From assembly GCA_026025075.1 (NCBI GenBank), contig JAPEUI010000080.1, positions 62,001 through 82,290 of the forward strand: a stretch of DNA of 20,290 nt, in the 5' to 3' direction. Origin of the DNA: Vezdaea acicularis. Taxonomy: Eukaryota. Below the pieces are notes generated by a model that did no database searches, was not told where the DNA came from, and saw only the letters and a list, made by a program, of their open reading frames with translations. Made by a program: the position numbers and the translations under genes. Shown here one piece after another: positions 1 through 9,251 of this stretch. The stretch's first letter is position 1. Each line of letters starts with the position of its first letter.

Positions 1-1
1 C

Positions 2-193
2 TACCATCCTCATCAGCCTCAGTATAACAATCATCATCATCAAAACCATCATTACTCACAACATCGAGGTGCACCCAGTGGCAATTATAGCCAGCCAGGA
101 GCTCATCACTCGTCTCACCACAACGGTGCGTCAGGCAACCCCCCATCGGGTCCTCAGTCACGCGGTCCAGAGGGCGAAGTTGAGAATAAATAA
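2..193 (+). CDS. 3' end of a gene entering from the left; low-complexity His/Gln/Asn/Pro-rich C-terminal tail
   Basis: Open frame from base 2: YHPHQPQYNNHHHQNHHYSQHRGAPSGNYSQPGAHHSSHHNGASGNPPSGPQSRGPEGEVENK, TAA at 191-193, then AT-richer UTR-like sequence. It is reminiscent of fungal Pbp1/ataxin-2 tails, but identity cannot be established from this fragment. Confidence 0.65.
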   Translation, partial: YHPHQPQYNNHHHQNHHYSQHRGAPSGNYSQPGAHHSSHHNGASGNPPSGPQSRGPEGEVENK

Positions 194-291
194 AGCGAAT
201 AACAAGACTACACCCAATCTTAATTGATTGCGGTGGCCTGTTCTATTGATTGGTACTCAGGATCAAATATTCGGTCTTCCAGCCATCACCG

Positions 292-294
<3 letters not shown>

Positions 295-336
<42 letters not shown>
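295..336. repeat. (CT)21 microsatellite
   Basis: Perfect CT dinucleotide run at 295-336, about 100 bp after the stop of the first partial gene. It explains the spurious SLSLSL ORF 224..406. Confidence 0.97.
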
Positions 337-341
<5 letters not shown>

Positions 342-1383
342 GCATCAAGCATAGCTACTGCTTTGCATTCATGGGTCTGAAATATTTGCAATCATGCATC
401 TCTTAGCGGGCGGTGTTCTGGCTGGAATATCATTTACAAGATCCTCCTTTAAATGGAGGTGAGCACCGCTAACGCTAGCCTCGCATGCTGATCGTGCTCA
501 CTTTGGCTTGTTCTGAAGTCTACACAGCATAGCTTATGAGTTTATACTCAAATACTCGCAATTACCTCGATCCACGAAAAAAATGGCTCTCACATTGGCA
601 CGGAAGCCATTGATAGTCTACCATAAGACGAGATGAAGCGAGGAAGAATTTGTAGAAGTGTTAGGATGGATGGTGCGAGAGGCCCCGTTCCTTGGTCATT
701 GCTTAAGTCTTCAACTCCACGTTGACTGAGTACGGAAGGGTTGGATGCTGTCACACCTCGAACCTCCAGCTATTGTAGCTCTCAGTCCTTACGCCTTGCA
801 TCTTGCATGTGCAAGCGATGTTCTGACAGGCACGGTCAATATGGCATCTGCGAGTAATTTTCCCTAGCTGGATGGTGGGGTGGATGGGGGAGGCTGAGTC
901 AACCGGACCTGATATGAGTGTCTTGGGCAGCCGTGAGCACGACTGAGGGTAGACAGAATTCGAAGATGCCGAGACCTATACGTGAGCTTGATTGTGAAAT
1001 TGACTCATGTGACGTTGGCACCACTGGTGACTTGATATGAGATGCTGAACCAGCCAGGAGATTTCCATCTGCTCGTAACTAAAAGGAGTGTTTTGAGCCC
1101 TCTCTGGCATAGATCCCAAAATACAGCATGCCATATCAAAGGCGGGGAATTAAAGACGATACGACAATGACTGCAGCTATACGGCATGCCAATCGCAACC
1201 CAGAAACGGCAGCAGGCTAAACCTTAAAATTAAGCGAGACATTAGCGTCAAATCCAGCTACCCGCGTGCCGCACCTGCCCCACTACGAACGAATCAAACC
1301 GAGCGCACGCACACAATCCCCACGCCTCCCTTCCCCCCCTCTCTCCTTCCACAAACGACACCCACCTTTCCTAGTCTCATCCA

Positions 1384-2227
1384 ATGGACCACCCCTACTC
1401 CCCCTCCTCCTCTGACCTCCTCATCAGCGAAGACCTCGTCCCCACTCGCCCGCCAAAAGCGCCAGGAATTACCACCCTCGACTTCAACGGTCTCCTCCGC
1501 GCCCCTCTCCGCCTATACGAGGACCTTGCGGACGGCTGTGGCGGGCAGGTATGGCCAGCCGGCCAGGTCCTCGCATCTTACCTCCTGCGCACGAAACGGG
1601 AGGAGCTCGCTCACGCGCGAATGTGGGTCGGCGCCGTTCATTCTTTTATGCGGTTGCGGCGGGTTGGCTGATACAAGGGCTTTTGCTGGTGTTGTAGACT
1701 TGAACTCGGCGCGGGTGGCGGATTAGTCGGGTTAGCTGTCGCGTTGGGTGGGGAGTTAGAGCATCTCCTGCGCATCACGGATCAAGCCCCGATGCTCGGG
1801 CTGATGCAGCGGAATATCGTGCTCAACGGGCTCAGTCAGGTCGTGGAGGCTAGTGTCTTGGACTGGGGGGCTGCGCTTGATTCGGCGATGCCCAGGCCGA
1901 CGGTCGTGCTGGCGGCGGATTGTGTGTACTTCGAGCCGGCGTTTGAGCCGTTGATCGATACGCTTGGGGAACTGCTGGGGGAGGGCGTGGTGTGTTATTT
2001 TTGCTTCAAGAAGAGGAGGAGGGCGGATGTGCGGTTTATGAGGGCGGCGAGGAGGGAGTTTTTGGTGAGGGAGGTGGGGGATGATGAGTTGAAGGGGGCT
2101 TGGGGGAGGGAGGGGATTTATTTGTGAGTTGGTCAAGAGGTGTTAAGAAAGGGAGAAAGGGGGGGGGATGATGAGAGTGTAGACTGACGATTGGGGTGAT
2201 AGATATACCTTCACGAAGAAAGGATGA
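1384..2227 (+). CDS. EFM6: Protein-lysine N-methyltransferase, METTL21/Efm6-like (class I SAM-dependent)
   Basis: Exons 1384-1622, 1698-2123, 2203-2227. Introns GTGGGT..GCTGAT..TAG and GTGAGT..ACTGAC..TAG. The spliced frame gives GCGGQVWPAG, motif I ILELGAGGGLVG, ITDQ, LDWG, VLAADCVYFEPAF, CFKKRRRAD and ends LYTFTKKG*. Confidence 0.88.
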
Positions 2228-2391
2228 GTGTGGGATGGGAGTATGGCTGATATCAACAGCAAAGAGGGCATTGGACGTTATCAGGCAATACTAGACAGTA
2301 CTAGACGGCTTCGGACGGCATTAGAAAAGGCGGATGGCTCAGTCTTTGACTAGATTTTAGACTGGCAACATGAATGTATTACGCTCAAACC

Positions 2392-4623
2392 CTATAACTT
2401 GAACGCACCGGCCCCTTTGGGGGCGTTCTTCTGTTTAATTTGTTTGCCCTCAACATCCGTCAATTGGCCCTTCTTCCCAATCACCTTCACGCCACCTTTC
2501 TTAAGGTCGCTTATGACGTCTCGCTTCTCCTTTGCCTTCGCGCCCCCCTTTGATATAGGTGCCGGGCCGTTGTTTCCAAGGCTCTTCCTCAGCCTCTCCT
2601 TTTCCCTTCTCCGCTTTCGCACTTTCTCATCCCGTGTCATCTCAGCTTTCGCTACAGGCATTCCACTCTTGGGCATGACTTCTTGAGAGCCGTTTGCTTT
2701 TTCGGTGCCGGGCTTGTATATTTCTTGTGGCGCCAACATACTGCCAGCGCCCAGCTCAGCACCTACCCCCGCGGCCACAGGTCTGGCGTCCTCCATCGCA
2801 ATGGTCGGAACATCCGCGATGATAGTGATTGAAGGCTTGGGTGGCTTGGGTTTGTAGTGCCAATTCGAGAGGCCGTCCAGCTTCGCGCAAATATCTTTCC
2901 ACATACGCTCGAGTTCTTGATGTTCTTTCTTAAGCTTCTCATCGGTTATGCTTGTATAACTCTCGGGGTTCCTTTTCCGAAGCAGGTCTTCCTCATACTG
3001 CTCTGCTAGAGATTGCTGAGCCTTAGTGTCCTCGAGCTCAATGCGTCCTCGCCTGACTGCAGAAATGTTGTAAACCTCATCAGGTCTGCGGCGAATGACT
3101 TCATCAAATTCCTGCGCAAGAATCCGACGCTTTATCATCTCCTCAATCTCCTCACTGGTCTCGGCTGTTATCACTGGGACAGGCTTCCCAGTTCGCTCAA
3201 AGTCAAGATCCTCTTCCAAGAGAGAGTTCAGGGGTCGATCCGCAGCGCGTGCTTCGCCAGAAAGCGTCCAATCCCGCTTAGCAATGTTCTCTGCTTCTAA
3301 CCTTCGAATCTCAGCAGCAAGTTTTGCTTGCCGCCTCTCGTGGTTTGAGCGTCGTCCTTTCGGATCGCCCGCGTCTTTCTCGGAGAGATCACTGCCGTCG
3401 TCCTCATTGGCAGATAAATCATCCTCAAAAAGATCTCGGCGAACTGCACTCATGGTCCGCTCAATCTGTGTAGCTTCATCCAGTGGCTCTAAATCAGCAG
3501 GCCCCCTCGAACGATGGATGTTCCTTTTTCCTTTACCGGCTTTCCTAGCAGGTGGTGCAAAGAATTCCTTATATCGTACGTCATTCGTATTTGCCATGCC
3601 ACTGAAAACACCCTGGGTAGTGACATCATCCATACTACCGTCAATACTTTCTGCGTCGTCTTCCGAGGGAATGTCTAGATTGCTGTTGCGGAAGATAGGA
3701 CCGTCATCATTGCTCTCTTCACTCTCATCATTGTCTAACTCCATATCATCACCCTTGTCGATCTTACCGGTATTTGCTCCTGTGGCTGTCTGACCAATGG
3801 ACGTAAGGTCTGCATCCCAATCAATCTCTTCCTCATCGCTGGCTTGCCCGTCAAAAGTATCGCCGGCAGCGTCCTGCCGTTCAAGGAACTCTGTTTGTTG
3901 ATTGAAGTCGTCAATGGAAAAGAATCCATCATTGAGACCGTTAGGGTCTTCCGTATAGGTAGCTGGCGCTTCTTCATCTTCAGACTCATCATCCTCTTTG
4001 TCCTCTTCCATCAGGTCATTGATCGGTACGCCCTCATTGCTATTCTCGTCTCCGTCGTCCTCTTCTTCGGCGCGCTCCAGGTCGCCATCCTTGCTGAAAA
4101 CATCGCTCTCGTCGCCGGACGTAGTATGATACCCATCCACTGCTCCCCCATCATCACTTCCAGAGTCGCTAAACCCAAACCCGTCTTCATCGAAGCGCAC
4201 CCGCTTTACAGGCTCAGGGCCCTTCTCTTTACTGTTCACAAGGGTTCCTGTGATGGCCCCGCTGAAATCGACTTCGTTGGAATTAGTGGGAACATTCCTT
4301 TCAACCTCCTTGCGTGAGGCATCTAGAATCCTGCGCGCCTGCTCCCAGACCTGTTCGATGGCAAAGCCTTCCAGATAGAGCTTCTTCAGCTGCAGTATAT
4401 CAGCTGTAGCGTTCTTGACTTCCCCACCCCGCTTCCGTTTCCTCCTCGAGCTTTTTAGACGCTGTGACTGGGTTTCACTGACGGCCGATGCTAGAGGGTC
4501 GAGGAAGCGCTTAGTGAGCTCAAGGGCTGAATCGTGTAGGGTCGTGGTCCGTTGGAGAAATGCGTCCGGCTTTGAGGAGAGAGCGAAGATGAAATCCGGC
4601 TGTGTGGATATTGGTTCGTCCAT
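2392..4623 (-). CDS. MPP10: U3 snoRNP / SSU processome subunit Mpp10
   Basis: Uninterrupted ORF; first ATG at 4623 (MDEPIS..., 743 aa). Acidic middle region plus conserved EQVWEQ, LNDGFFSIDDFN, WTLSGEARAADRPLNSLLEEDLDFE, IKRRILAQEFDEVIRR, KLDGLSNWHYKPKP, IAMEDARP, LAPQEIY and a basic C-terminus. A short extra upstream exon cannot be excluded. Confidence 0.95.
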   Translation of the reverse strand: MDEPISTQPDFIFALSSKPDAFLQRTTTLHDSALELTKRFLDPLASAVSETQSQRLKSSRRKRKRGGEVKNATADILQLKKLYLEGFAIEQVWEQARRILDASRKEVERNVPTNSNEVDFSGAITGTLVNSKEKGPEPVKRVRFDEDGFGFSDSGSDDGGAVDGYHTTSGDESDVFSKDGDLERAEEEDDGDENSNEGVPINDLMEEDKEDDESEDEEAPATYTEDPNGLNDGFFSIDDFNQQTEFLERQDAAGDTFDGQASDEEEIDWDADLTSIGQTATGANTGKIDKGDDMELDNDESEESNDDGPIFRNSNLDIPSEDDAESIDGSMDDVTTQGVFSGMANTNDVRYKEFFAPPARKAGKGKRNIHRSRGPADLEPLDEATQIERTMSAVRRDLFEDDLSANEDDGSDLSEKDAGDPKGRRSNHERRQAKLAAEIRRLEAENIAKRDWTLSGEARAADRPLNSLLEEDLDFERTGKPVPVITAETSEEIEEMIKRRILAQEFDEVIRRRPDEVYNISAVRRGRIELEDTKAQQSLAEQYEEDLLRKRNPESYTSITDEKLKKEHQELERMWKDICAKLDGLSNWHYKPKPPKPSITIIADVPTIAMEDARPVAAGVGAELGAGSMLAPQEIYKPGTEKANGSQEVMPKSGMPVAKAEMTRDEKVRKRRREKERLRKSLGNNGPAPISKGGAKAKEKRDVISDLKKGGVKVIGKKGQLTDVEGKQIKQKNAPKGAGAFKL

Positions 4624-4921
4624 TGGATTAGGGCTCGTAATACCCTGGCTTAGATTAGCTGGATGGGTTTGGATGTCCTTATGGGTTATCACATACTCTA
4701 CTCTCTGCAGCAAATTCTAACGTCACCCCCCCACTCGATTGCAACAGCCTGCAGTTGATAGGTCAAGATCCGGCGGGGTTTGGAGGTGATGTGGTGCTAT
4801 CAACGTTCTCACCCGTGGGTCGATCGAGCTATCGCCCGATCGCACTTGGGAGGCAAGGCGCAGGGAAGTCCTTGTAATCTGTCATCTAGCAAAAATCTAC
4901 TAGGAAGCGGTAGGAAAGGCT

Positions 4922-4927
4922 CACGTG
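4922..4927. promoter_or_regulatory. CACGTG E-box (candidate Pho4/NUC-1/PalcA or Cbf1-type bHLH site)
   Basis: Exact CACGTG(G) in the divergent MPP10/SPX intergenic region. A single 6-mer could be chance. Confidence 0.25.
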
Positions 4928-5000
4928 GCTCTAGTCCCTAGAAGCCTTCAAATTGATGGAAAATCGAAGTGAAAATGTTGTGGCATCGTAAGCGAAACTC

Positions 5001-5010
5001 GAAAAATTTC
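5001..5010 (-). promoter_or_regulatory. RRPE-like element (AAATTTTT) upstream of ribosome biogenesis gene MPP10
   Basis: GAAAAATTTC on + (GAAATTTTTC on -), about 380 bp upstream of the MPP10 ATG. RRPE is the known fungal ribosome-biogenesis promoter motif. Confidence 0.4.
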
Positions 5011-5641
5011 CGGAAGCTCCCAGTGGCCCGTCGTGCTCTTGACCATTAGAGGCGGTGCATCAAAAGAGCGTATCACTGTTGCTTTTCAATCTCTGTGCTT
5101 GTAGTCACCCCAAATGTTAGAAGATTGGATTAAAAGAGTTGTGTAGCGTCGTACTCATAAGGTTCCTCCGGTTCTTACCCGGCCAATAGCTGTCCTATCG
5201 CGCTACAGCTCCACAACCTCGGCAAAACTTCCGATATCGCACAAGTCTCCCTCATTGGACATCCCTATCACTCATTCAGTCCATTGTCAGAGCGTAGGAG
5301 CTGCGTTGTATCACCGATGCTTGACGTTATCAGAAAGAATCATGCAATTGTAAATATCGGATAAGGACCATTGACGCACGAGCGCTCCATCTCCCGGGGC
5401 AGGAGGGTCAAGGATGAACGAGTGGCGGGAGCGCGATGGACTTCCCCGCCCTCAATCGACCGGGTAAGCATTGGGACCGAACGTCGGCCCGGTGACTGGT
5501 CGCGATCCGATGGAGGTCTTCCGTATCTCGGGCATGGCTCCGATTATTCTGGTATAGCTAATTGACTTCAGAGGCCAAGGATGATGGTCGACCGATCTGG
5601 CGTATCACAAACCACCCTTGAACGTAGCTCAAGCTCAAACA

Positions 5642-5649
5642 TGACGTCA
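5642..5649. promoter_or_regulatory. CRE palindrome TGACGTCA (ATF/CREB bZIP site)
   Basis: Perfect 8-bp palindrome about 890 bp upstream of the SPX gene ATG. Confidence 0.35.
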
Positions 5650-6536
5650 ACATGTTGTTGACATAAAGTCCTTAAAGCCCCACTTGCATGACGAGCAGGC
5701 CGAGCATTCAAACTATTGATGGCTGTTAAAGCTGTGCAGAGTTTCTGACATCCCCACTGGACGATCTGTAGTTGGACATGCGAGCACTCGCTACGGGGTG
5801 GGGCATGGCGGAGCGGAGAGGATCCCGGCGCGGAATGGCTGGGGGGTGGGGGGGGCGTGCCGCCACGTCGTGCAATTATTGGTGAGATCTGGCGACCGTT
5901 GAGCATGCACTGGGGAAGGCCTAGTCGGCCGCCATCGAGCCCTGTTCTGATCATGCTGCATGCCAGTTTTTGATCAGCCATGTGCCGACAACTAGTGCCA
6001 AGCCATTCGATAGGCTTGGCGGCGTTGCAGGAACTGCCTGTCGAGGTCAGTCCTGCCCGTCATTTGCCATCCTTTGACCTATTGAACTCCGTCCACACGC
6101 CTCTCCGATCTTCTCAAAATCCTGTGTTCCTCGTGCTCACCTCTAAAGGCAATTCCACCGTGGTGCCGTGTCTTGCGCATCCTACAGGTACCATATCTCA
6201 TAGCGCGATCAGGTTTTCCATCTGAAGAAGGGTCCGTCTTTAGCGCTGCTTCCGGAATCCGGTTATTCATATGCAAACCTTCCCACCATTTGTTGAGACC
6301 TGCCACTCCATCGCCTCATAAGCACCATTCGTCACATACTCATTTGATTGCTGTGTGTGCATTACCTTGCTCGTAAACAGAAATTGTCGGCTCGAATATC
6401 TGTCTAGACGAACCGATTCCAATTCCATAGTGCCGTCTTATCACCACCAAGCGCTGTGAGATAAGGACCGCCCTGTCTACCCCACAATAAGGTCGGGACG
6501 GTCATATAACACAGCTGAGGGGCTTGTCGAGGGGAG

Positions 6537-8232
6537 ATGAAATACGGCCAGACGCTCCAGAAGCAGTCTGTGCCGCAATGGGCTGTTCGTGAGTCTCACC
6601 TATCTGACATAATTTCAATTTACATGTTCATATTGTGGCTTTACTCCAGATAACATCGACTACAATGATGTCAAATACATCATAAAGACACGAACCACCA
6701 AAGATCAGGGCAGAAGCGGGTCCAGGTCGCGATCCCGGGAACCGGCAAAGGCAATCTCGATACCAGGCCAGGGAATCGACGAATCTACCACCTTACAAGG
6801 CTTTGAGAACGACCTGTACGGAATCCTTGTCGAGGAGCATCAACGGATAACTCTCTTTGTGCAAAGTAAAGCTGGAGAAATCCAGAGACGGCTTGGTAAG
6901 TCTTCAACACTCGAAGCCACTTGGGTTTGCGTCAACTTGAGATTGACATTTGCATAGATCACGTCAGAAAGCGCATAAGCCGGCTTGGTGATAGAGAACC
7001 GACTTCGAATCAGACACCTGCTTCTGTCAAACGGCTCGAGAAATACTCTCGGGCAGAGGACGATGTTCTGAAGTGAGTCCCCCTAGATTATTTTAGAGAA
7101 CGGAATGCTGACATTCTAGCTCAGAGTCGGAGAGGAAATTGATTTACTCAACCGATTCATACATGCTCAGCGCCTAGGTTTCCAGAAGCTTTTGAAAAAG
7201 TATAGAAGATGGACCGGTTCCGGAACTTTGGGTCGAAGATTCTCGAAGGAAGTTCTTGAACGTCCGTCAAGCTTCACGAGACGAGACCTAGGCCCATTGA
7301 GTATTCAGTACGACCAATGCTTGGCTTCTCTTAAGAAACCGACGAGCAGACGAGCTTCTGGAAATCTTCGGACTCCGCACCTAACACTGGCTGAACCGCC
7401 TTCATCAACGGCCACAACTGAAACGGCAAGCAGTGCCTTTGCTCAAATCCCTGGTTCTTCTTCGAGTTCTGTACCAGAACATTCAGACATACCAGGAGAG
7501 ACATCCCCAGCTAGAGCTCCTCGGAAGAAGAGAAAACGCAATTTCAAAGCCCATCCTTTGCGGAACGAAATTCAACAGACTACTCCACCAGGTGGTGGGG
7601 CTAGATATTGGAATGAGTTTGACGATGGAAGTGAAGCCGCTGAAACGAACGCTTACGTTATATACTGCCACCAAGAGGAGTCCTCGCTCTTTAGTAAAGG
7701 CCGGATTACTGCCATAGGCAAGGCTATCGCTAATGGGATGGATTCAACCAAGCGGAAGGCTAAAGAATGGCTCAAGCCCGCAGAGCAAAAGCATGAGCAT
7801 CAAGGCTTGCTAGAAAGTGAAAGAGCTTCAAACAGCGATGAGAGCAACGTCGGAGATGACTCCTCCGAAGAACATCCCTTCATCTCTGAACGTCGTTATT
7901 CCACATTTCCCTCACTTCCCGAATATCGATCGCCAAGGTCTCGAGAGTCACTCCTCTTTCGAAGCTATCTCGGTTTTCTCATCGCAGCATACGTTCTTTT
8001 AATGGTATGTACGATCCTTGCAACCACTGGACGACGGAAACTCCATCTAGAGGTGGAACTTGGGGTAATAGTTGGTGTTACGGCCAGCCTTGTATTTGCG
8101 GTCTCAGGTGTTGGACTGATGTTCCTGCGGAGAGACCGGCTCGGCTGGCTTCACTGGTTCACGGTACTGAGCGCTTTCGGGTTTGTATGCATAGCGAGCG
8201 GAGTTTTGCTTGCTCTTGTTGGAAGTGCATGA
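6537..8232 (+). CDS. SPX-domain protein with three C-terminal transmembrane helices (VTC-related architecture, no evident catalytic domain), about 506 aa
   Basis: Exons 6537-6588, 6650-6895, 6958-7072, 7125-8232, all with GTRAG donors, CTGAC/TTGAC branch points and YAG acceptors; total 1521 nt, in frame. SPX signatures are MKYGQTL..SVPQW..HNIDYNDVK, HQRITLFVQSK and LNRFIHAQRLGFQKLLKKYRRW. These are followed by RYWNEFDDGSE and three hydrophobic segments at the C-terminus. Confidence 0.88.
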
Positions 8233-9251
8233 GGATGAAGACAAAAGTTGCTGGGAGTCCTGCATTTTGCATCATTAAAACTGCGTCGCCCATTTTTAGA
8301 TTGCAACGGCGTTGGGCGGTGTCTTGCTATATTAAGCATGAAGTGAGACTTGCTTCATCGCTTGCTGTCTGTGATTGCAACGGCAACGTTCCTTCTTGAA
8401 ATTAAACTAGAACTTGAAATTGAAACGCTGGCTAAGAGTCTGCTGTCGTAGACCTACTACAACAAGCCCGGGTGAGGGATATCAGTTTTGCTTGGGACAA
8501 GCACCATGGCTTAATCAACAGATGATGGATGGGAGTAGCTTAGGACAAAACAATAATTTGGGGGTTCAAATGGTCGGTTTTTCATGGGGGTGATGCCTAA
8601 GGAGTAGTTTTTTGATTGGCATATCGCCAAAGTATGCCTTACGGATGCGCTCGAAAGTTGGTCAACGTCGTGGAGGAAACGGAAGCACAGCCGACGCTTG
8701 CCGAGGAGATATCACCTTACGTGCCTCGCAACTTTCCTACGCCTGGAACAATGGCAAAACAAGGCGTGGCAGGCTTGACCAAAATTACCAACTGCACGAT
8801 CTCGTGGGTCATTATGGGCACTTTCACAAGCTAACCCCAGTGGTCTAGTAGAGAGCTACTACCGCTTCCAGACTAGGAGTCTTCGAGCCAGTTCCACGAG
8901 CGGCCGCTAAAGGAGGAGCCTTATATCTTCAGGTGCATCTGACCACTCGAACACTTCTACCCGATCTGTTCAGAGTCCGCCCTAGTATCCGCTCACCTGT
9001 TTCGCAGTGGCCATCAAAGTTATCTCCATTATCATGGCAAGAGCTAACTCTATCCTCCAATGGCATCAATCGACGCCTTACCGTACGCTTGACTGTCTTT
9101 AGGGAAAGCTTTTAAATGCTGTGTTTTTTGTCTCTGAATATCGCAGTGTTGTAATACAAAAGTCATTAAAGATGCAGTTCTCCCCTATTTGAGGTTGTAT
9201 TTCTGCTCCTCTCAAGGGCCACATCTCTGGCGTCCCGAGAGTCCTTTTACC

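Noticed and set aside
224..406. 60-aa ORF with SLSLSL run
   Set aside because: Starts at a non-ATG codon and is an artefact of the (CT)21 microsatellite in a 3' UTR-like region.
890..940. CTGAG...ACC.GACCTGAT, resembling part of a TPP riboswitch core
   Set aside because: The downstream P5 stem, TAAT loop and GCG-AGG elements are absent, and there is no thiamine-related gene nearby.
4624..4713. N-terminal extension of the MPP10 ORF in the track
   Set aside because: Begins at TTG. The first ATG is at 4623, and this is a eukaryotic gene.
2399..4720. Several + strand ORFs (e.g. 3095..3793, 3844..4317)
   Set aside because: Antisense shadows of MPP10 with no recognisable motifs.
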